64,000 nucleotides of DNA, from the NCBI GenBank assembly GCA_030603365.1, contig JAUVXV010000002.1:1-64000 (forward strand), in the 5' to 3' direction. The stretch comes from Candidatus Heimdallarchaeota archaeon (GTDB lineage Archaea > Asgardarchaeota > Heimdallarchaeia > Heimdallarchaeales > Heimdallarchaeaceae). Of this stretch, positions 29,868 through 38,580 are shown piece by piece. Positions within the stretch are counted from its first letter, which is position 1. Each line of letters starts with the position of its first letter. The translations under genes and the position numbers were made by a program. The notes under the pieces are model-generated. The model had not been told where the DNA came from. It searched no databases and was given only the letters and a program-made list of their open reading frames with translations.

Positions 29868-30000
29868 TTTTCTATCTAACCTTTCCTATAAAAGCCCCCG
29901 TAATATCTTACTTTCGGTCATCTTTTAAACTGATTCTTGCTCTATTTAACATGACTACATGACAAATATATTTTATAATCCTCTTCTGTAGCAATACCAT

Positions 30001-30765
30001 ATGTTCGTAATTGGTTTAGATATTGGTTCGACAACTACTAAAGCTACTGTGCTAAATAATGATAGAAAAATACTTAGTTATGAAATTGTTCCAACAGGGG
30101 CAAATATGGTAAAAGCTGAAGAACATGCTTTTAACGCCGTATTAGAAAAAGCTAACCTTGAGAGAAATCAGATAACTAACATTATTTCTTCAGGATATGG
30201 ACGAGAAAGATCACAATATGCTAAAAGTCAAATCACTGAAATTAAAGCAATGGCTATTGGTGCCGAATATATCTTTCCAGGAGTTAAAACTTTGATTGAT
30301 GTCGGTGGTCAAGACAATAAAGCCATCAAAATCAAAGAAGGGAAAGTGCAAGATTTCAAATTGAATGATAAATGTGCAGCTGGTACCGGTCGTTTTTTGG
30401 AACTAATCTCAAAAGTTTTGGAGATACCTATAGAAGAAATGTCTAATGAAGCTAAGAAAACAAGACGATTTGAATCTCTCTCAAAAACTTGTGCAGTATT
30501 TGCTCAGACAGAGGTAATCAACCTTCTTTCCCAAGGATCTTCAGCAGCGGAGATTATTCAAGGATCTTACGAATTTATTGCAAAACGAGTTCTATCAATG
30601 GCTACCAGTCTTCGAATTGAACAACCTATTGTTCTCTCAGGAGGAGTAGCAAAAAGTGAATCGCTGGTCAAAATGTTCAATAAAATATCTAGTTTAAAGG
30701 TTAAGGTCCCAGATGAACCGCAATTGTTAGGAGCGATAGGTTCTGCAATTCATGGTTTATCTTAA
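30001..30765 (+). CDS. CoA-substrate-specific enzyme activase (HgdC/HadI-type ASKHA ATPase)
   Basis: DIGSTTTK, GYGR, DVGGQD, NDKCAAGTGRF, CAVFA. Confidence 0.93.
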   Translation: MFVIGLDIGSTTTKATVLNNDRKILSYEIVPTGANMVKAEEHAFNAVLEKANLERNQITNIISSGYGRERSQYAKSQITEIKAMAIGAEYIFPGVKTLIDVGGQDNKAIKIKEGKVQDFKLNDKCAAGTGRFLELISKVLEIPIEEMSNEAKKTRRFESLSKTCAVFAQTEVINLLSQGSSAAEIIQGSYEFIAKRVLSMATSLRIEQPIVLSGGVAKSESLVKMFNKISSLKVKVPDEPQLLGAIGSAIHGLS

Positions 30766-30856
30766 TTTTTTTTCATTCACTCATGAAGTGATGATTTTGT
30801 ATTAATTGCATTTAGCGCTAGAACAAAAGAGGAAAAAAAGAAAGAAGAGTTGTTAC

Positions 30857-31933
30857 TTAAGATATTTTTCTTCTTCTAGAGATGGTCATTGTGAGAAACA
30901 AAGGAACTAATAGTATTAGAAGAGTAAATAGGGAAAGGGAGTTATATTCGGCTACAACTGGGTCACCAAGAGGATAGAGATCGATTGCTCCAGCGGAACC
31001 ATCAATGGCATATGTCCCTGAGACCCAATCGTTCCAATAATTGCCTGTTTGAGTAATAGTATCATACCAAAAGTTGTCAGTACAGTCATCAGAAGCTTGT
31101 GAAGTTCCTCCTAGATTATTGTCTACAAAGTTATTATGATGAATACGATTACCCCAGCTATCATAAGTATCAGGTAATAAGTGTACTCCATAGTTACCAT
31201 TTTCTTGTAGAAGATTGTAAGTAATGACACAATCATCAGTATCCTCAAGATAGATACCTTCCCAGTCGTTATTGCTGCAATTGTTGTTGGTAATAGTAGA
31301 ACCATCAGAAGTCACAAGCCAGATACCTCTTCTGTTACTGCTGTAAGAGTTGTCTACAACAGTAGAACTGCTAGAAGAAATAATTTTGATACCATAGGAA
31401 TTGTCGTTGCACGTGTTATTTGTAGCAGTAGAACCAGGAGAATGCTCAAACACTATGCCATAGCTGTTGTCGGTGCAATTGTTGTTATAAATAGTAGAAC
31501 TAAACGCGTATAAAAGGTTGATACCTAAGCCGCTATCGTAAATTGTGTTATTAATTATAGTTGCTGTACCAGCCGCTATACCATCGATTTTAATACCACT
31601 GAATTCTGCATCAATATAGCAATTTCGAATAACGAAATATTTCGTTGTACCAGTAACAACAATGCCATAAACAGACGATGTTGGTATAATTTCATATCCT
31701 TCAATAATATAGGGATCTCCTTCCGTTCCAGTTCCAGGAAAAACCTCAAATGCACCGTCATGACTGATGTTTATAAAATCATGAGGGATATATGAGGTGT
31801 AAGATTTTGGGTCATAAGAATCGGTTGTAGAGTTTACTCTCATGTTGGAAAATGTAATTATTCCAACAATTAAAATTGAAACACATAAAAATTTTCTAAT
31901 TGATATTTTAGGTTTATTTGAATGCTTTATCAT
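30857..31933 (-). CDS. NosD/parallel beta-helix surface protein with VAEY-TM-basic tail
   Basis: Paralog of 24315..25739; NNxCxDNxYGI repeats. Confidence 0.82.
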   Translation of the reverse strand: MIKHSNKPKISIRKFLCVSILIVGIITFSNMRVNSTTDSYDPKSYTSYIPHDFINISHDGAFEVFPGTGTEGDPYIIEGYEIIPTSSVYGIVVTGTTKYFVIRNCYIDAEFSGIKIDGIAAGTATIINNTIYDSGLGINLLYAFSSTIYNNNCTDNSYGIVFEHSPGSTATNNTCNDNSYGIKIISSSSSTVVDNSYSSNRRGIWLVTSDGSTITNNNCSNNDWEGIYLEDTDDCVITYNLLQENGNYGVHLLPDTYDSWGNRIHHNNFVDNNLGGTSQASDDCTDNFWYDTITQTGNYWNDWVSGTYAIDGSAGAIDLYPLGDPVVAEYNSLSLFTLLILLVPLFLTMTISRRRKIS

Positions 31934-32143
31934 TATTTCACCTATTAATGATGAATCGTAAACTCTATTGTTTTAGGCAATATAACTCTTTCGTAGTTGA
32001 AAAAGGACACTCGTACAAAATGTTAGAACTTCAAAGTTGTTTAAGATTTCTTTTTTGAAGAACAAAAAAAAGATACTTAAAACTATTTAGGAGAAAAAAG
32101 AGTAATAGTAGTTTTGATTTTCAAATTATCTCCTGCTTTTAGG

Positions 32144-32233
32144 TCATCCTGTCGGTATTATCTTTGACTTTCTTCTTTTTACTAGGATCACTGTAAGAGC
32201 AATTAAACCTATGATTAAGACAATACGTGTCAT
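32144..32233 (-). other. Orphan TM and basic-tail mini-ORF
   Basis: MTRIVLIIGLIALTVILVKRRKSKIIPTG*. Confidence 0.4.
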
Positions 32234-32262
32234 AAAATACATCCTATAGCAACCTAAGTAAG

Positions 32263-32751
32263 CTAAATTACATAAAACTGATTTTCCGTTTCTTGAATTA
32301 TCTTGTGGAAAAACTCTTGTTTAAACTCCAATGTTTCTGTATTTATGTTTGGATGAAAAGAAACAAAATCAGCATCCCACACTTCTCGATCTACAACAAA
32401 AATCACTTTATTTTCTGTATCATTAATAAGTCCCAAAGCTGAAACAGCTCCCGTAGATAATCCCAGGTATTTCTTTAATTCTTCTTCTTTAGCAAAGGTA
32501 AGTTTAGAGCTACTTAGGAGAACCTCAAGCTTTCTAAACTCCAGTTTTGTATCTGAAGGAAGAGTAATAAGGAAAAATCTTTTGTCTCCAGTTTTTTCTT
32601 TCAAAAATAGATTCTTACAATGTAATCCTGGAATAAAACTGCAGTGTTTTTTAGCCTCTTCTACTGTGAATACAGCTGGATGATAATGAAGCTTATATTC
32701 GATATTTCTTAATTTCAGCCATTTTTCCAGTTCTGGTTCCATTATATCCAA
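32263..32751 (-). CDS. ProX/YbaK-family aminoacyl-tRNA editing protein
   Basis: HPAVFTVEEA, KNLFLK, GAVS.LGL, FHPN.N; possible start ATG 32742. Confidence 0.9.
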   Translation of the reverse strand: MDIMEPELEKWLKLRNIEYKLHYHPAVFTVEEAKKHCSFIPGLHCKNLFLKEKTGDKRFFLITLPSDTKLEFRKLEVLLSSSKLTFAKEEELKKYLGLSTGAVSALGLINDTENKVIFVVDREVWDADFVSFHPNINTETLEFKQEFFHKIIQETENQFYVI

Positions 32752-33075
32752 GAATAAGAGTCTAAATTTAAGATTTACTTAAGATGAACTATTCATCATC
32801 CCAGCTTTGAGTAATCTCACCATTTTCCTCATCCATTTCCACATCACATTTTTCACACTTTCTACGATAAGCAAATCAATGGAGATAACCAACTAGAAAC
32901 GCTCCAGCACAATGTTACCAGAAGTAACGGGAAGAAGTGATTATTTATTCTTCATTTGACAGATAATATCCTTAGAAATATTGAAGTAAAAACAACCCAG
33001 TTCTTAAGATTTATAAGTTTTGAAAAGTAAAACCATTAATTAAACAAATTACATAAAAAACGAGGAATTAAGATT

Positions 33076-35022
33076 ATGAAAATTAGAAACAGAATTTTGT
33101 ATTGTTTTCTTATTTATTCTATCTTATTTTTACTAATGAAACCAGTTTATTCATTTGAAAATCAACCACCAGTTGAAATTGAGAACAACCTACTTCATGG
33201 GGAAGTTTCACCAAAATCTATCATCAATAATAAATTGGAATATCTTGAAGATAACACAGATGAGGTAGTTATTCCTACAAAAGCAGAAGAAATATATGGT
33301 TTTATAGAAGTTAGATTGTATGATGATTCTTCTCTCAATCCGATAGAAGGAGCTGAGGTATATCTCTATAATGCTAGTTGGGATTTCCATATGGAAGGCA
33401 TTACTGATGTGAATGGATTCTGCAACTTCACTGGATTAAGTGTAGGAGAGTATGATGCCATTGTTGATACTAGAGGTTTTTACTATCAAAGTCAATATTG
33501 TTATATCGACTATTTAGGAGAAAAAGAGACTTTGGATTTTTACCTTTTTAGACTTCCCCTTCAGAATGTTCGAATAATAAGCCCTTCGTATAGTGCAACA
33601 ATACAAGGTGGTCAAGTCTTAATTGAATATGAACCTCTATATGACACAGACAGAATAAATTTTTTGGAGATTATAGTTAACGATGAATTTGTTTACAGAG
33701 ATTATATGTATTTTCCAGGAACTAATGAAGTCGTTGTTCCCGTCTTTTCAAATGGTACAAAATTTATCGAATTAATTGTAGAATGGTATGACAATTCATA
33801 TGGAATGGACTATATTTCTGTCAATTCAATAGATGTAATTCCCATTTCAGATTTAAAAGAAGGTGATTATCTCAACTACAGAATTAATGAGTATTATACT
33901 TATGAAAATATTGACTACCATTATATCTATGATTTCAATTTTACATTCAACACCTGGATCTCCCCCTTTGAAATAAGCACATCACTTGTTTATCACCATT
34001 ATAGTGACAGCATGGAGTTCGAGTTATCTGAATATTGGCTTATTATCAATGTTTTAAACGGTTTTATCTCTGATGGAAATATGTGGTGGTTAAATTATCA
34101 CTTCTCCTTCCTTTCAGGATTAAGTTGTATGGAAGTCACAGGCTCCCTTCCGACTATAGGTGAAAAGGTTCCTTATTTTAACTGGGATCATATTTACACT
34201 GTAAACGCTTTTGATACATGGAATGGTTTAGATGTAGCTATTCTGAATAGAGGGGATGAAATCATATATATTGATGTTAATTATGGAACCTTTGTTTACT
34301 ATGAGCGTTATTACAATGATGAGAATAATAACATAAGAATCCATTATGTAACAGATACTAATATTGGACCTATTATTGATTCAACAAGTCCAAGCATTGA
34401 TAGTTCTTCAACTCTTAATTTCGAAATTGGTTCATTAGGAAATAACATTAATTGGACAGCCTATGATAATAATCCTTACAACTATACAATCTATAAAGAT
34501 GGTGTGTTTCTCGAAAATGGTACATGGGAATCAGGGTTCATGATTACTACGACCTTAGATGGAACCTCAGTAAGTACTCATGTTTATCTTTTAGAAGTAA
34601 TGGATAGCTTTGGGAATTCAGCAAGCAAAATTATAATAGTTAACATAGAAGATACAATTCCACCAGCTATTGATTCACCAGATGATAAGTTATATGAAGA
34701 AGGTATGACAGGGAACCAAATTATATGGCATCCTATAGATTTAACTTCGAATATTTTTATTGTATACAGAGACGGAGTGTTCCTTAGAGATGGTCTTTGG
34801 ACTGTAGGAGAACCCATTGTAGTTCCTATTGATGGTTTCTCTATAGGTAAACATAACCTTACTATAATTGTATACGATGCTGGAGGAAATTCAGTAACTG
34901 ATACTGTTTTTGTAACTGTAATTGTATTAGTTTCAGAATATAGAATTTACCATAGTCTTTTAATTCTGCTTGTTATGCCTCTTGCCCAGCTAATAATTCT
35001 GATACGAAAAAGAAGGAAATGA
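33076..35022 (+). CDS. Secreted surface protein with carboxypeptidase-regulatory-like and Ig-like domains, VSEY-TM-basic tail
   Basis: PIEGAEV.L, TDVNGF..FTGL; two D..P.IDS...W...D..GNS units. Confidence 0.75.
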   Translation: MKIRNRILYCFLIYSILFLLMKPVYSFENQPPVEIENNLLHGEVSPKSIINNKLEYLEDNTDEVVIPTKAEEIYGFIEVRLYDDSSLNPIEGAEVYLYNASWDFHMEGITDVNGFCNFTGLSVGEYDAIVDTRGFYYQSQYCYIDYLGEKETLDFYLFRLPLQNVRIISPSYSATIQGGQVLIEYEPLYDTDRINFLEIIVNDEFVYRDYMYFPGTNEVVVPVFSNGTKFIELIVEWYDNSYGMDYISVNSIDVIPISDLKEGDYLNYRINEYYTYENIDYHYIYDFNFTFNTWISPFEISTSLVYHHYSDSMEFELSEYWLIINVLNGFISDGNMWWLNYHFSFLSGLSCMEVTGSLPTIGEKVPYFNWDHIYTVNAFDTWNGLDVAILNRGDEIIYIDVNYGTFVYYERYYNDENNNIRIHYVTDTNIGPIIDSTSPSIDSSSTLNFEIGSLGNNINWTAYDNNPYNYTIYKDGVFLENGTWESGFMITTTLDGTSVSTHVYLLEVMDSFGNSASKIIIVNIEDTIPPAIDSPDDKLYEEGMTGNQIIWHPIDLTSNIFIVYRDGVFLRDGLWTVGEPIVVPIDGFSIGKHNLTIIVYDAGGNSVTDTVFVTVIVLVSEYRIYHSLLILLVMPLAQLIILIRKRRK

Positions 35023-35052
35023 AATGAGATTTCATCCTTTTTCTTTTTTCAT

Positions 35053-35241
35053 TCAAAAGATAGAAATTACCTGGTAAGTCTGATAGATCTCTTTTCCTCT
35101 TAAAAACAGATTCTTACAACGTAATCCTGGAATAAAACTGCAATGCTCTTTAGCTTCTTCAACTGTAAAAACAGCAGGATGGGTATGGAGTTTATACTTT
35201 ATTTGGTGAGTATCTAACCATTCTTTCAATGTAGAATCCAA
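35053..35241 (-). pseudogene. Orphan 5' end of the ProX gene
   Basis: HPAVFTVEEAKEHCSFIPGLRCKNLFL nearly identical to ProX, then abruptly unrelated. Confidence 0.85.
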
Positions 35242-35269
35242 GAAATCACTTCCTCATTTTATTAGAAAA

Positions 35270-35506
35270 TTAAGGTTTATATGATTGAAATTCATTTCCG
35301 CGTAATTCTTCTCTTTCTTTTTCTCTAACTCTTGCAAACCATATGAACAATAGTACATTTAGCAACAAAAGTATAATAGCCAATGGAACAATTATCCAAA
35401 CCTTATTTGGAAAATCTAGCACAAAATATATTGCAATTAGTGCACCAAGAAAAACAATTGAAATTGAACTAGTGAGTATATAGGTTTTACGTGCTTTGGG
35501 TTCCAT
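35270..35506 (-). CDS. Small two-TM membrane protein
   Basis: Two hydrophobic helices, charged tail. Confidence 0.6.
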   Translation of the reverse strand: MEPKARKTYILTSSISIVFLGALIAIYFVLDFPNKVWIIVPLAIILLLLNVLLFIWFARVREKEREELRGNEFQSYKP

Positions 35507-35642
35507 AAGAGAATATTTCTAGAATTATACTTAAATGTTATCTCTAAAAGATTGATTCCGATTCTTCATAATCTCAACTCTGTTCAACTTCTCCTGTTTT
35601 TTCATCTTTTTATTTTATATAGCTTTAATGAACAAAAATAAA

Positions 35643-36341
35643 CTACTTAGATTTTTTTCTCTTCTTTGCATTTCTTTTTTCTAGTTTCTTTTTCATCAAA
35701 TCCACTTTGAAAGGTTTTCCGTGAGAAATGTAAATGTTTTTTGCTCCTTCTTCAATTATTCTTTCCCAGCTCTTCCAAATGCTATCTAAGTCCATTGCTA
35801 TTGCAGGAATTCCACGACGTAATCTCAGAGGGGGTCCATGAACTGAACATCCGATAATTGCATCGCCTTCTTCTGTTATAACTGCAATAGTACCAGGAGT
35901 ATGTCCAGGGGTATGAATAACCTTCGCTTTGATACCAAAATCAATTAGTGAATATTCATCTTGAACAACAATATCTGGTTCAACAGGGTCAGTAACTGCC
36001 CAAGATTTTGGCATCGTTGGAACTATTAATTTTGTAAACAAAGTATGCGGTTTAACTTCTGCAGAAGTTCCTTTAGCTACATGTTCTTTTTCATTTTCAT
36101 GAACTAGAACCTGTGCATTTGTGAGATCTTTAATCGATTTCAAAGCTCCAGTGTGATCGAAATGTGCATGATTTACTATTATCAGCTTGATTTCTTCAGG
36201 ACGAATATTATTTTTCTTTAAGAGTTTCAGATATTTTTTCAGATTGTGTTTATATCCAGCATCAAACTGAATATATCCTGAATCAGTTCTTAGCAAATAA
36301 ATTTTGGTGAAACCCAAGTTTAGAAGAATAACTTTTTTCAT
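35643..36341 (-). CDS. Metallo-beta-lactamase-fold hydrolase
   Basis: HAHFDH, TPGHTPG, SHG. Confidence 0.88.
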   Translation of the reverse strand: MKKVILLNLGFTKIYLLRTDSGYIQFDAGYKHNLKKYLKLLKKNNIRPEEIKLIIVNHAHFDHTGALKSIKDLTNAQVLVHENEKEHVAKGTSAEVKPHTLFTKLIVPTMPKSWAVTDPVEPDIVVQDEYSLIDFGIKAKVIHTPGHTPGTIAVITEEGDAIIGCSVHGPPLRLRRGIPAIAMDLDSIWKSWERIIEEGAKNIYISHGKPFKVDLMKKKLEKRNAKKRKKSK

Positions 36342-36460
36342 ACAAAGGAATTCTGAAGATAGTTCTTATAGTTTTCTTAGGTATGACATTTGAATAGGAT
36401 ATCAATTTGTTTCTGTTTTTTCAAATAATGTAAAGAACAAAAAAACGGAAGAGAAGTGAG

Positions 36461-37534
36461 TTATCTCTTTTTCTTCATTGATACAAATATACTTGTTAGA
36501 GCAAATAATGCAAAAATCGTCCATATTATGGAAGAGAAGGATATTATAGTGGTGTCAGGTAAAGTATCAGATTCGTTAGGTGTAGTGGTGTAAGGTATAG
36601 TTAAAGTATCATTTTGGTCAGGTGTCGTAGTTATCACTTCTTCTGCTCTTATTTCACAGATAATTGTATCAACACTTATATTTTCATACTTATCAGAAAC
36701 AGCTATTGTGAAGTTGTAAAAAGCAGGTGTGTAATCTCCAAATAAAAATGTTATAACTACCTCTATACCTGATGAGTACCATTCATCTTGAATTATCAAA
36801 GAATCATTAACAAGAATCCAATAATGCCCTTCACAACTAGAATCAAAGACATACCATTCGATGCCTACAGGTTCTTCTCCACCAGGCAGAAATAATAAGT
36901 GTCCGTGTACTGAAGGTGGAAGAATATCATCTGAAGAAAGCGCTAAATTTCTCACTCTGATAGACTGCTCCCAATATGCCACTGTTGCATCGATATAGAA
37001 GAAGAAAAGAAACACTTCATTATATCCTTCTGTATCGAATGTATAAACAAAATGATTGAATCCAGTATCATGTGGTGTTGAAATACCTGTATCCTGATAA
37101 TTATAAGGTCTTTTCACTCCTAAATATTTCATAGTAATAGGATCGATTATGCCAACACCCATGATCACTTGATCATATCTGCTAGAAGATGCGCTAGCTT
37201 CAAAATTAATCTCGGTTATATCTCCAGATATTGGAATTAATGCATAAACTCCTGCATAAAGGTGATAGTATGAGGAGGATGTCTCATAAACATGTATTTC
37301 TGATTCAGTTATATTACTGGAAAAATCTTCTGTTTTTGGTTCTGCGTAACCAGTTTCATAATGCGGTAAGAATGAACCTTCAGTCCAGTTAAAATCAGAA
37401 ATAGTTAAAATATTTTCTGAATTATTTTGAAGATCATCTTCCCCGAATTCCGCAGTATATACATATGATATTAGAATGGTAAAACTAGAGAATAATAATA
37501 ACAAAACTATAAGCAAACCTGTTTTCCTCTTCAA
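36461..37534 (-). CDS. Secreted surface protein with Thr-rich linker and C-terminal anchor
   Basis: Signal peptide, TTTP repeats, TM and KKKR. Confidence 0.7.
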   Translation of the reverse strand: MKRKTGLLIVLLLLFSSFTILISYVYTAEFGEDDLQNNSENILTISDFNWTEGSFLPHYETGYAEPKTEDFSSNITESEIHVYETSSSYYHLYAGVYALIPISGDITEINFEASASSSRYDQVIMGVGIIDPITMKYLGVKRPYNYQDTGISTPHDTGFNHFVYTFDTEGYNEVFLFFFYIDATVAYWEQSIRVRNLALSSDDILPPSVHGHLLFLPGGEEPVGIEWYVFDSSCEGHYWILVNDSLIIQDEWYSSGIEVVITFLFGDYTPAFYNFTIAVSDKYENISVDTIICEIRAEEVITTTPDQNDTLTIPYTTTPNESDTLPDTTIISFSSIIWTIFALFALTSIFVSMKKKR

Positions 37535-37670
37535 GTTTATCTTTTTATGTTACTCATAAGCTCTTATAAGAATTATGGGGGAATAATACTGCCACAATTC
37601 TTATACAATAAAATGAAGAATTGGGGGAGGAACATATAAGCTTTATTAAATGAAAAAAAAGAAAAAAGGA

Positions 37671-38423
37671 TTAGGATTGTGAATGTTCGTTAATTCTGTT
37701 TTTAACGGGTAAATCTTCAATCTTCTTGAAAGAATACAAAACAAATAAAAGTCCTGTCAGTACGGCAAATATAATCTCTGTGATGCTTAAAACACTGAAG
37801 AATGTGTAAAAAGCTGTAAAAGATTCTATTTCATAGTCTATATAATAGCCTAGGTGATCCATGAAAATTCTGAAAACTGATAATCCAAAACCTACAAAGA
37901 AAGCTAATCTTAGACTTTTAATTTGGTAATTGTCTACTGCTCTGTTTAATATCCTTGCACTTTGAATAATCAAAATACAAAAGACAAACCAGAACAAAAA
38001 ACGGCATATAATTGCTGAGAGCATTATAGGATCATCTAATGGATAATAGAATAAATTATTGTAAAGGACTACATCAGGTATAAAAGCAGCTATCAACAAT
38101 ACCGCTGAGACTATAGATAGAATATAAGCAGGTTGAGCAAGATTTTCTTGAGGATTATTCTCTGCTATGCTTTTAAACGCAATTGCAAGGAATATACATA
38201 CACAAAGAAAAGTTATTGTCTGAATTACCATTCCTGTTAAAAAAGTGAGTTTGTAATAATCTCCGTAGCTCATAGTAGTTTCATATACTATATACGTATG
38301 TACAGAAGCAAGAATTGCTAAATAGGTATTCTTCAGAATATAACCAATTATCAAACTTAAACCTGCACCATAAAAAGCATTTTTTTCTTTAGTCATCATA
38401 GTGCTAACTAGTTTAATCTTCAT
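37671..38423 (-). CDS. Multi-pass membrane protein
   Basis: ~6 hydrophobic segments. Confidence 0.65.
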   Translation of the reverse strand: MKIKLVSTMMTKEKNAFYGAGLSLIIGYILKNTYLAILASVHTYIVYETTMSYGDYYKLTFLTGMVIQTITFLCVCIFLAIAFKSIAENNPQENLAQPAYILSIVSAVLLIAAFIPDVVLYNNLFYYPLDDPIMLSAIICRFLFWFVFCILIIQSARILNRAVDNYQIKSLRLAFFVGFGLSVFRIFMDHLGYYIDYEIESFTAFYTFFSVLSITEIIFAVLTGLLFVLYSFKKIEDLPVKNRINEHSQS

Positions 38424-38580
38424 TATTTAAACATTTCTTGTTTTTATAATGTAAAAAAAGAAGATTGAAGAAATTCATAAAAATTTCCAAAAAATTTGCA
38501 TCTTTACTGCAATTTTTTTCTCGAGTTTATAAATGAAAGTACTTGATAATCTAGTGAATCACTCTTAGTTGGTTTAAGAC

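Larger units (their letters stand above)
28543..29966 (-). mobile_element. Non-autonomous tnpB-only element, copy 2, inside the dehydratase/activase cluster
   Basis: Shares ends with copy 1; 18/21 inverted match between 28553..28573 and 29946..29966. Confidence 0.75.

Noticed and set aside
29944-29971. dif/Xer site (ATTTAACATGA resembles a XerD arm)
   Set aside because: No matching second arm across a 6-bp spacer; the motif is part of the tnpB element end.
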